Shown: piece by piece, positions 52,832 to 64,000 of the stretch
Layout of the letters: every line of letters starts with the position of its first letter
Numbering within the stretch: the first letter of the stretch is position 1
Origin: Trichinella spiralis
Lineage: Eukaryota
NCBI RefSeq assembly: GCF_000181795.1
Contig: NW_003526948.1
Coordinates: 9,438-73,437, forward strand
Length of the DNA stretch: 64,000 nt
Direction: 5' to 3'
Notes under the pieces: model-generated
Told to the model about the DNA's origin: nothing
Database searches by the model: none
What the model saw: the letters and a program-made list of their open reading frames with translations, nothing else
Translations under genes and position numbers: made by a program

Positions 52832-53896
52832 TCAGGGTGCTAGACGTGACTCTAACAGAGATCTCTGATCTCCTCTGTCAGTGATTCGACGAGCATCTTC
52901 ACCAACAACAGGTGCTTTAGAATCAGACCCGGTTCCACGATGAACCCAATTAAGCAGAACGCCACGTATTTCAGGAATGCGGACCGCATAAATTACTGGA
53001 TTGATCAAACTCTTGATGAGAATGCAAAAGTTGGCCAGTACACTGGTAGCAAATACGACGCTAATTGCTGATGACTTTGAGTATGGATAAGGGCAGGTGG
53101 CGCAAGTAAGTACAAAAATAACACTGCTTGGTACCCATCCAAGCAAAAATGTTCCCCATATGATTAAGCTTGTCGTCAGTACTTTACGCTTTTTACTCAA
53201 CTGCTGCTGCTGGCTGCATGGGTCAGATCGTCTTGTTTTAGAAAACCGCTTCTCCAGCCGATTAAGCATGCAGAATATAAGCAAATACAACACTGACATG
53301 ATAACCAACAACAAACAGATGAGCAAAAATATAACCAGACGAAATTCCAGTCTGTGAAAGAAAGCTACATTCAAACAATAGCCTTCTTCAGATCGATAGC
53401 CTTGGCCTTCAAGCGATGCAAAAAAAGTGAGCATAACAGTGGGTGGCACAAGCCATAACAATACAATCACCACAATTGTACGTCTGCTGCTTAATAATTT
53501 CGGATATAAAAATGGCTTCACGATGAGCAGATAATGATTAACCGACAAAGCCAGTAGATGAAAGCATCCAGTTAACAGACCGCCCATGCGAATTCCTTCG
53601 AACGTCAGAGCAACACAAGTGCTAACCGGAACGTGCATCACCACTACAAGATAGCTGTTAAATACCATGCTGACAGCAACCACAGTTGACGTCCACACAT
53701 CTGAAATGGCTAAGCTAACAGTGAGCCTAAGTGTAGGCGTTAGTTTTGTATGAAGCCATCTTAATGTGACAAGTACGCAAAGATTCGCCACCATCACTAG
53801 AATGCATATTGCAACAAAAACAGGCACAGCAACACTGTAAGCTTGTTGACGCCATTTCAGCACTTCCAGTTCTTCTGTAATGTTAGACTGATTCAT
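52832..53896 (-). CDS. Intronless rhodopsin-like (class A) GPCR, possibly related to nematode AEX-2
   Basis: Seven hydrophobic segments with TM1 N, SLAISD, NHY at the DRY position, TM4 W, GWVP and NPVIY. First ATG is 53896 (MNQSNIT, two N-glycosylation sequons); the ORF-track start is a TTG. The AEX-2 resemblance is from recollection only. Confidence 0.9.
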   Translation of the reverse strand: MNQSNITEELEVLKWRQQAYSVAVPVFVAICILVMVANLCVLVTLRWLHTKLTPTLRLTVSLAISDVWTSTVVAVSMVFNSYLVVVMHVPVSTCVALTFEGIRMGGLLTGCFHLLALSVNHYLLIVKPFLYPKLLSSRRTIVVIVLLWLVPPTVMLTFFASLEGQGYRSEEGYCLNVAFFHRLEFRLVIFLLICLLLVIMSVLYLLIFCMLNRLEKRFSKTRRSDPCSQQQQLSKKRKVLTTSLIIWGTFLLGWVPSSVIFVLTCATCPYPYSKSSAISVVFATSVLANFCILIKSLINPVIYAVRIPEIRGVLLNWVHRGTGSDSKAPVVGEDARRITDRGDQRSLLESRLAP

Positions 53897-56800
53897 CCAG
53901 ATCCTAACTGTGAAGCACTTTTGGCCGGCCAAATAAATTCCGACCGTGCTCAGCCGATCTAAACGGCTTTCTCTCACTAGGCAGATTAGGCTACTTTTCA
54001 ATAATTATGCTCAGCCGGAGTAGGGCGTGGCTGGCGTTTATTTGCTGATTGGCAACAATCTGCAGCGCTACCTGCAGCATTCATACTGGCGCCACTCAAA
54101 TGACGTCCACTCGTGGGCTCTTCGTTACCATCAAGTTTCGCAAAGGAGTCAAATTTCGTCAATAGTGCCGTTACGAAGAAGGCTTGCTTTGCTTATCAGT
54201 CTAAACCAGAACGGCAATATTATTTCGCAAAGCTGATATTTCAGTCTTTTTCGCAAACAGGTGAAGCAACAGACTTTCAACCATGTTTATTCAGCTTTTT
54301 ATATTTAAAATATTTTCCTCCAAATATCACCTATTAATTGCCTATAGTTTGCGCCTTCTATTTGCTGTTTTCATCTACTGCTCTCTAACTTTATTAAGCG
54401 CTCTTGTATGAATCGATCAGAGCTGATGCCTCGCTGGCCAAATGAAGTACGCCTCGGGTAACCGACTCGGGATTTACTGGAAAACAGTCCATGATTATAG
54501 CCATTGTCAATTGTCATTGGCTATTAAAATGTATTACACGATTTTACAATCTCGAACAAACTAGAAGTCAAGCAAACCCAAGACGATCTAATTAAAAGCT
54601 TTAAAACAAAGAAAAATTTACCATATAGTAAATTTCAGCGTGTTTTTCAATAAATTGCTGATGAAATGTTCAATTGGGCGAATTGACAATGTAAATAAAA
54701 TGGTTTTCATTCATTTTGGGTCCATGCATGTTTGTTTTCCGTTCTTTTCATTTGTTTCCTTATTGATGTGAACAAAAAATTTCAAAATATTGTTAACATG
54801 TTATTTACTCTACTCCATTTTTATTAATAGCGTTTGTTTAAAGTTAAATTATATGTTGTGGCAAACAGCATAATTACTTTATCAGTTAAACCTTGTCAAA
54901 CAATTGGCTGAAGTTATTAAGATTGATGAACGTGCTTTGGGAACTACTTAATCATACGAAATATATGAGCATATAAGTTTTGCAAAAGCGCAACTTACTA
55001 AAAATAAAAAAATTTGATTTTTCTCTGTTTTCAGAAAGTTTGCCATCAGCGCAACTTACATGCTTCACTTCCTGTCTTTAATGCTTTATACTTGTGTTAC
55101 TTTTGCTTGCGTTTTCGACTTATATTCATGTCATTATTCAAAGAAATTTCCTTCAGCATACATTCTCAGTAGTTTAATTTGACCTAGAGTAAAGAATAAT
55201 CTGCAAAAGTCCTCAAAGTCGAATAAGTATTTGGTAATGATTTCAACGATGCAAATTTAAAGCCAGAACATTGCTTTCTAAGGCAATTAAAACCTTGTAA
55301 AAATAACTTTACAAAAAGAGACAGATGAACAGAAAATTGTTTCCAATAATTTTTGAAAATATCAAAGCACATGTCCTAATACACTGACACAGTATTCTGT
55401 AGTTATTACTTGTAAAAATACTGTAGAACTATCCAGTTCAAGGAAGGAAAGTGTTACTGTTGTACTGATAGGCTGTACATTTTTATATGCATATAATTAA
55501 AAGCGCAGTTAGTTGTCAGGTGTTGAAATTTAAAAGCATTATCTAAGATTAAAAATCAAACTGTGCCATTATATTTTAAAGAAATCATTAGCTATTTCAG
55601 GTGTACTTCCGTAAGAAAAAATTTAGTTGACTAATCATATTTAAAGTTCAAGCGTAAACAATTATAAAATTTCATTTCTAGAATATGAATTTTTATTTTA
55701 AGTGCAAAGGTTTTATCTTTCTATTTGCTTTAGTGAAATTTCATTACTGATGTGTGCTTAGCCCGTGAACAATAAGAAAAAAAGTTATTTTGTATTGAAA
55801 TTACAAAGAGATGTGGCATTTTCATAAATTGAAAACCCGTAGACAAACAACTGTTTCTTGCTTAAACATTTATAAGGTGTTAAGGTGAAGTTTCTAGCAG
55901 TAGTGCTTGCTTTGGCCTTTTCGTACTGTTGCATGAGAATGTAATTCAGATTTATTTTAATTAATTTTCCACGAGCAACTCATTGTTAGAACTACAGAAA
56001 ACATGTTCAAACTGGATCATAAAATTGCAAGAATTTGGTTTCAATAAAATTTAGAATTGCATTGATAAAAAATTTCTGATTTATTGGAAATATAATAATG
56101 ATTGCTTACCTTTATAGAATTATTTGGTTACATGCGGATAGATGAGATGAGAATGCGGATGATGTGATCTTTAAAGTGGCCGATTTCAGAATTTATTAAA
56201 AATGTGCAACTGATTTATTATTTATGCTTCTTGAAACGGAACAAGCTTTGCATCTTTCAATTTCTTTCTAAAGCTGCAATTTATCAATCAAATAAAGGTA
56301 TAATTTTTTCTTTTAAATCTTCAATAACGATGACAACTTAAATGTGCATTCAAAGCTTTTGTAAGAAATTTACAAGTCATTAATGTTAGACGAAATTTTT
56401 TAAAAAGTAAATTTAAAACGAGGTCGTTATAAAACAAACATGAATTTTAGCATTACAGTAAGCTATGTTCTTGCAAAACTATTACTTTTTTGTTAAAAAT
56501 ATTTTGTCTAGATAAATAAACAGAATTTTATTTTTATTAAAATGTCGACGCGTGTTGTTTCAGAAAAACTTATTTTCTTTAATTTCATGATATGTGTTTT
56601 AACAATGCTGATTAAGCTGTTGATAAGCACCGCTTACACTATAACTTTTTAGTAAAGTATAAAATTTAAATCTTACTTCCGCATAAATATATATGTTTAA
56701 TGATCATTTGCTTGTTGTTTGTTTGATGGGCTTCATTGAATATGCATTTTAGTAGCACATTTTGTAGCAAACGTCTGCGATAAAAATTCAAACTAGCATA

Positions 56801-59800
56801 AATAATTACAGCTCATTTCCTGCTGTTCTCCAGTAGTCCCGCATTCTGCTTCTGTGTCATGGCATAAAGTGAAAGACAAACAATAAAATCTTCGTCTTTA
56901 CTGATATGAATGTTAAACAAAGCGGAGAATTTGCATTCTTTGTGCAAACAGCGGTTTGATTCACGTCATTGAAACCAAAGATAATTAACTATAACTTACA
57001 CGCATTTGAACACTTTTAACTGCAAATAATAAAACAGTTTTATGCAGAAACAACGTAGCTAATAATATTTGCTTTGCAACTTGTCATCACTTGCTTACAA
57101 TAAGACGAATTAAGAGTAATAACATTTCTGTTTATGGTTTTTTGTCTACTTGAAGTCATTTTCATCAGTTGAATTGAAAGTTTTACCACAATTTACTATA
57201 ATGCCAAACAAATATTAACAAATAAATGATCTTACAATTGTAAAGAAACAGTGCAATTTTAAATATTCTTAATTGCAGCAGATGAAGCAGATCATTTGTT
57301 GTATTTATTCCATGAAAATAGAGTATAAAATAGGCAGGCAATATATATAGCAAGTGCTGTAGCCTTGTTTCGCAAATATTATACCAACTGATTAACTTCC
57401 ATATTAATCGACTGGAAAAATTCTCAAGAAATATGGTTGAATGTCAATTTTTATGGTACATGTTAATTAAATGAATCAACAAAACCAATTTTGTTGACTT
57501 AAAACAGTACTATAAATATGAATATAAATTACAGTTTTTATTATAAATGTGGCAAGTGTAATATGTGCAACAATTTTTTATTTCAAAACATGCAAACAAA
57601 CATGCCTCAAAAAATACTTAGATCGCAGTTTGCATTTCATGCTTTGATTAGGCTTTTTTCAACTGATGATCTAGCTTTCCCTTGACAAATAAAGCTGGAA
57701 TGATGAAATGTTTTTGTGTATAGCTGAAATCACACGAGGTGTTGTTGAAATTGATGATCTAATAAAATAGTTCAGAATTATGTTTGAAAGAAATTTTTCT
57801 TCATCATGAGTGAATTATTTGAAATTAGCTTACCACATTTAAATAGCACAATTCTTAAAAATCAGCTTTCAGTTTAATAAAATAAAATAAGTTGATTTAA
57901 TGCTACGTGACTCATTTAAAATTATTGATTTCAGTCATAAAATGGATTAAGTGTTAATCCATTGCTGCCAAATAAAGATATACATGACGAACGTAATGAT
58001 TCCACTTATCTGCATATGCAACTGCCCCATAAGACAAATTCTGAAGTATTATTATTTTCATAAAACCCTACGTTATTAAAAATAATCTAAATATCTATAA
58101 ATGATAATGTTGTTTCAAAAAGTTGAACATTTCTGTTATAAACAGCATGAGGTAAACATTGTTGTTGTGCTATCCATATTTTTTCATTGGATTGCGCATT
58201 TTAAAGAAACACTGTGTAAACTATTTATTAAAGGAAACATAATCTCTTACATTTGAATTATTCAATAATATTTTCAACAGTAAATATTCAATAATTATAG
58301 CCTGATAATTTCACCTGATCACAATTAGAAATTTATTTCATAGCGGTTCAAACTTTGTTCAGAAAAAATTTACTAATACAATGTTTTAATACAAATGCCT
58401 TGAATTTGATAACAACTGGGCTTGGTTAAGTATTGCTGAAAAGCATTAATATTAATTTTTTAACGTGAGAAAAAGAGGCCGAATTCTCTGTTGAAATGAT
58501 CATTGCTTATAATTGATAAACATTACATCTTCGTGTTCAAATCAATATTCATGACATTGGGAAAGCACGTCTGAAACACTTGAATAAGAAAAGATCAAAA
58601 GATGATCCTTATTTATCTTTCAACAAATCATTATCTTGCCTAATATTTATATCAAGCTTTTATCTATAAATGACCATATTCGCTTGTGCATTATTGCATG
58701 AAAAGCTTTGAAACATATGAAAAATTCAGGCTTTCATTTACTTACTCAGAATATCAAAAGTAAACAACTATGTGCTTGGTGCATCTTAATTTTGAAATTA
58801 TTTGCATGCATATGCAGAGCACTAATATGCTAACTTTAGACAATCACTTTACAGTTTGCAATGCAATTTTGGATAAAAACTTTAACTTTAAATATAAAAA
58901 TAATTTAAAGAATCCAATTATCAGACAAAATATTTTGCATTTTATGAAGCCTGAATGTTTACTATTACAATTCATCTATTTCATTTTGATGATTCGAATA
59001 CATTATTAATTTCATTCTTTTCAAAATCAGCAGTAATTTCCTTTTTCATACCATGAATTTCAACGTATTTTCATAGGTAATTGCCTTAATTGCGGGTTCA
59101 TTGTGTTAAATCTATTATTCATTCAGATTTAAAACTATAATAGAATATTGAAAGTTTAATTGATGAAATACAGTACAATTTTAAACTTTATGAACGACTC
59201 AATACAAATATTGAACTTTCACGTACCATTCGCAATAGATGAAAATTGAAATTTCTAATCACTTTACAGTGAAAATGTTAATACAGTGCAAATTGCTCAT
59301 TTATAAAATATGCTGTTTCTGTGTTTCATCAGTTCGCAGCATGCACGCTTTGTAAAATAAATTGACCATGAATTCATTGAGGCGGAAGCTAACCTTTCCA
59401 ATCTAGAAATTGTTATCAATTTTTAACGCTTTCTATCTTTGATGCATAGCTTACTGATGATGGTCAGCTTTTATCTTTTATTCTCTATACTATGATTGTA
59501 AACATGGTCCGTAGAAGTGCTATACAAAATTCGAACAATGCACTGCACGCAATGCAGCCAAGATGAGATCAGAAATTTGTAATTGCAAAACCACAAAGAA
59601 ACATTGTGCATCAATTATTAATTTGGAAACGACATTCATTATAAGCGTGGTTACAGTAAGTTGATTTGCATTAACAATACATATACTTCAAATTAACAAC
59701 TGAAACCTAATAAATGAATATGCAAAATAATAAAAGTACTTTATACCATCAGAAATGAGAAATTTAAGTACAAACATATTTTGGTGCAATTTTGAATTTA

Positions 59801-61443
59801 CAATTAAATGCAAATAAACATAAATAAAAAGCAATACATAAAAATTAAACTTTTTCATTATATTCTAAAAGAATAATGCAAAAGCTCATATTTACGAAAA
59901 TTTTTATGTAAAGTATTTTTTGTAACTAAGATCATGTTTTTTTCCATTTCTCACTTGTTCCATGCTGAAAGGAAATAATACTTTAATATCATTTAAAGTA
60001 AGTCAAATTACACGGTTACAAATTCATTGTTTTGCTTTTGCTACTCACGATAAACAAATGCAAAGAAAGCTAAAAGGAAAGCAAATGCCGTGCACTGTTT
60101 GTTCTAAATCGCACGATATAATAGGGTATAGCTTCATTTTAAATATAACAATAAATATGCCATTTCCACGAAAAGTGTTTTTCGCAAAAACAAAAATAAA
60201 TTAACTGACACTGCAGTATTACATAATAGCATAGCATAAAATTGATGTTGCGGCATTCAAACAGTTGCTTGCGTTTCAGAGGTCTGTCTTATTTTATTCA
60301 TTCCCGTGACATTCATTAATCAAACTCACCAGAGTTCTCATATAAGCGACTCTGTGCTATTTTTATTAGAATTTTTTAATTGGATAATTTTAGATAATAA
60401 ATAAAGTAGCGTTAAAATTAGTCAAAGTTTAAAGATTATTTTAGTAACAAGTCGAAGATTGTGATGATGCATGCTTTCCTGTGCTACTAAAATAATCTTC
60501 AAACTTGCGCAACAAGTGCTTTTTTCGTATCACTTTAGTGAACTTATGGCAGGGAGTAGTTAATAATAAATTATAAATTATAAAATAGTACGCATGCATA
60601 TTTAACAAGTAGTAGTCTGCTGTCTTTGCTCAGCTAACCTGAGGTAATTTCTATTATTAGTAACTCTGATCATTTTCAATACTTCACATTTATTGCAGTG
60701 TTAATTACGTTATCATATTATACAAAAAATACTTCATATTAAACTTTAGCTGCGAAATGCATTCATTATTAGCATGTAAAGTTAGTTAATGTACAAAATT
60801 TTAATGTTGCCAAATGCTTTGAAAGCTGTGATACAACGGCGTATAATAATTCCTCCATATAATATCGTCGCTGTTTTGGAATCGCATTATAATTGAAAAC
60901 CATTTATTGCAAAATTTGCAAATTACAAATTTCAATGGAAATATTCAAAGCTTTGGAATTGCAATTTAATCAATCCATGCATTTTGCATGGAATCCTGAT
61001 ATTCAGCAATTATTAAGTGAGCACAGCTGATGAGAAATCAAAATTTTTTAAATTCTTTTTGTAAATTTCCAAACATATAAATTGCCTTGTAATTAAGTGT
61101 GCTTTTTTCGTCGAAGCGGCGCGGGTAGACGACGTCTGTGGTTCAGAAATTTTTATTTTTCATTTTCTGAGAAAGCAAAACGAAACATTTTCAAATTCTT
61201 CATTTTCAAAGCTAGCCAGCTAATAAATAGTAAGTACTACTTTTGCAATGCAAAGTATCATTCTACTTGATGAGAATGAGTTGATTTGATTGAAATGCTT
61301 AAAGAATTATAAAATTCCAGAAGTTTTATATTCTGAAACTACCAAATTTAGATCAATTATTGCATTAGTAATCATAATTTCATAACTATGAAGCTTTCTT
61401 AATTGTATACCCACACTGCGGGTCAGGGATAAGATATTTTTCT

Positions 61444-62824
61444 TCAAACTTCTAACTTTCGGCACTTCCCATTTTTAGAGCACTCATAGCCTTCTGGACA
61501 GCAACTTAGGTTATCATCACAGCAAACGCCCTGAAATATATTTGATAAGAAGACAGTTTGCCGTTTCAGATTAAACTTACGTTTTTCAGTGGACAACATC
61601 CAGTTGAATGTTTTCCCCGGCAAAGCTGTGATTTTTCTGGACAACCTATTATGATCTTGCTCTTTCGGATTAAATACTTTGGAATACCGATGTCAATATT
61701 CAGTCCGTACAGTGGTGTGGTAGAATTGTCAAATGACGAGTCATTTTCCTGCAATTAAAAAAATATCAACTGCAATATGTTGGAAAATTAAATTTACTTG
61801 AGTGCAACGATTGTGCTTCATATCACACTGAGTTCCTTCAGGACAACAATGCAACTTATCAGAACAGCAGACAGCTTTGGAAAGAGAGCCTGTCAAAGTA
61901 GCCAATTTTAAATATGCATTATTATATTATTCATAAATGCTTGCAGCAAATTGTTCATAAAAATTTACAGCAAGCCCACTGGCCGTGAACAGTTTCGCAG
62001 CAAGTGCTCTTTTCATCGCATTTCGACATTTTATCAGGGCATAATGTTGGAACGTTGATGTGCTCTGTACCAAAAACCACGTCCTCTCCTTCAGCGTATG
62101 CTATCTGAATAATAACAAACAATCTTGTCTTCAATGAGCATAATAATAATAATAATATTGCTTTTCATTGAATTACAACAAAAAAAGGTTCAAAATCAAA
62201 ATTCAGCGTAGCAAATGAAAATTGCTGAAAATTTGAAATCCAACTTCGACTCACAAACTCTGTTTTGCACATATATCTAGTTAGCATCAAATTAAATATT
62301 AATTATTATTATTATTATTATTATGAAGTTCTAATTCTAATGATCTTAATTCTGGTTTAATTTCATTAAAAGCAAGTCAATGTTTCAAAAGAGAACGATC
62401 GTTCCTGTTGATCCTACTACTGCTTGTTGTCTGTTGATCTCACTTACTTGTTGATCGTCTGGAACTCCTAGCAAATCATTGCGCCATGTGGGATATGTTT
62501 CGTTGTTTTCTTTAATGCAGAGTCTCTTTTCAGAATCACATTGGGCGTTGTGCGCGCAGCAGTTGATTCCATCCGCACAGCACACGCCATTTCTGAACGG
62601 ACAACATCGCCAATAGCCGCTTTTAAATCCGCAGCAAGTATATCCATTCGGACACTGCTGCTGACCTTCAATGCAAGCTTGGGCCAAGAAAACCTGCAAC
62701 AAATTCACACTATACAAACTGTGAAGACTGAGAAACCAAACAAAAATACCTTCTGATCTAAGATAAGCATGGACAGGATGATCAGCATTGGAAAGCTGAG
62801 GTACACTTTCTTGTAAGCATCCAT
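61444..62824 (-). CDS. Progranulin / granulin-domain secreted protein (3 granulin repeats, 6 exons)
   Basis: Hydrophobic leader MDAYKKVYLSFPMLIILSMLILDQK/VFLAQA. Repeats: CIEGQQQCPNGYTCC...CCP..GVCC.DG..CC; CPDKMSKCDEKSTCC...WACC...AVCCSDKLHCCPEG; CPEKSQLC...GCCPLKNGVCCDDNLSCCPEGYEC. Confidence 0.92.
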
Positions 62825-64000
62825 TGCGCAAGGCGAGTGGCAGTCAACCGTCCGCTTCACGCTCAAACTAACCTTGTGCTGAAAAATCGGGCTTTTTATA
62901 TGCTTTCTATCACTGATCTGATCAGTGCTTGGCTGACAAGTGATCCATCAGCATGGCCAATTGTTGTGAAATCTGTTGGAATTCATCTCCGGCAGTTGCT
63001 TTAGTAATTTAAAAATTTAGCCAGGTCAATCAGTTAAAAAAGCTTCAAGCATTGTTGCGGAAGTTTTGTAAAGCATTAAGCTTATTTACAACTGCCATCA
63101 AGAGCCGTCTGGCAGTTGCTTCCATCGTTCAAATGGAATAAAATTAGAAACTTCTGTTCAGAACTTTTAACTTTAATGACTAAAAGTGAATTTTTCTCAG
63201 TCATAAAATTTTGCTTATCTTCAGCTATCTTTAGCAGCATTGTCCTTCCATATTTGTGATTATCAATCATTATTTCTTCTTGAACTTAATAACAAAGGTT
63301 TCACATGATACTTTCAAAATAGTTGAAACAAAGGATACATGTTAAAAAACAGTACTTAAAGATTGTTATTTTGGTAAAAGACATAAGCATATGCACTTAA
63401 CTGAACTGTTAAAAAAATATTTATTTTCACTATCAAAAGGATCTGTGAGCCAATTATGAATGTACAGAATAACAGATACAAGTAACAGATATTCTTCCTT
63501 GAAACATAACTTTGTTTAGACGAACTAATTAAGTCAGCCAAAAAAAGAAAAATAAAAATATGCCATGAGAAGAGAAAAAATGATACAACATTTTTGCTAT
63601 GCTGTGCTATGCATTAACAAATTACACCAAAATAAGCAGAAAAACGAGTTACAGCAGACAATTGCCCATTATGTAACATTACGAAATAATAGTCCATATT
63701 ATCGAACAGAACTTATTTATTATTTGCAATTCAATATGCTTCCAGTTATGCAGGTGAAATAACGCTTCTGTGAACAATAAAAAGCATTGTTTTTTAAAAC
63801 CACAATTTTTTACAAAACGTTTTTTTTCAATCTTTCTTTTTAGGTAACACTTCTATTTTTCAAAAATTGAACATATTGAAAAAATAACTTCATATTGCTT
63901 ATTTCATGAACGTTGATTGATAGAACATCTATCAGTTAATATTTACAATCTGAAGCTGGATGCTTGCTGATTAATAGCGTCAGTTTTTACACAATTAGTT

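Noticed and set aside
53897..54001. 35-residue N-terminal extension of the GPCR in the ORF track
   Set aside because: It starts at TTG. The first ATG gives a typical glycosylated GPCR N-terminus.
55834..55880. AACCCGTAGA, matching the 5' end of miR-100
   Set aside because: The match ends after 10 nt and the flanking sequence does not form a convincing precursor hairpin.
63082..63762. Short ORFs upstream of the granulin gene
   Set aside because: No recognisable motifs or consistent splice chain within the window.
1..64000. Prokaryotic-type systems (CRISPR arrays, defence islands, IS elements) or intact transposons
   Set aside because: The DNA is spliceosomal-intron-containing eukaryotic sequence. 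I saw no spaced direct repeats, transposase or reverse transcriptase ORFs.

Overview
AT-rich, intron-containing eukaryotic DNA with short GT-AG introns and TTTCAG/TTTTAG acceptors. Gene content (NOAH-type PAN-ZP protein, Mextli, HROB) and architecture suggest a nematode, probably clade I such as Trichinella; this is inference, not a database result. The window opens inside a ~1287-bp tandem repeat. It then carries 11 protein-coding genes that I assembled by hand-splicing: POLA2 (-), headcase (-), HROB/C17orf53-like (-), PDE12 (+), UPF1/smg-2 (-), a NOAH-1-like 6xPAN-ZP protein (-), Mextli (-), an orphan type II membrane protein (-), a COG4339-like HD-domain protein with degenerate metal ligands (+), an intronless class A GPCR (-) and a three-domain progranulin (-). 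I found no rRNA, tRNA, CRISPR or intact transposase. I do not see a clearly new multi-gene system. The best leads are the hidden HROB homologue, the apparent HD pseudoenzyme, the variant eIF4E-binding motif of Mextli, the secreted granulin and the edge of the tandem array. Family calls rest on motif recognition from memory and need confirmation by search.
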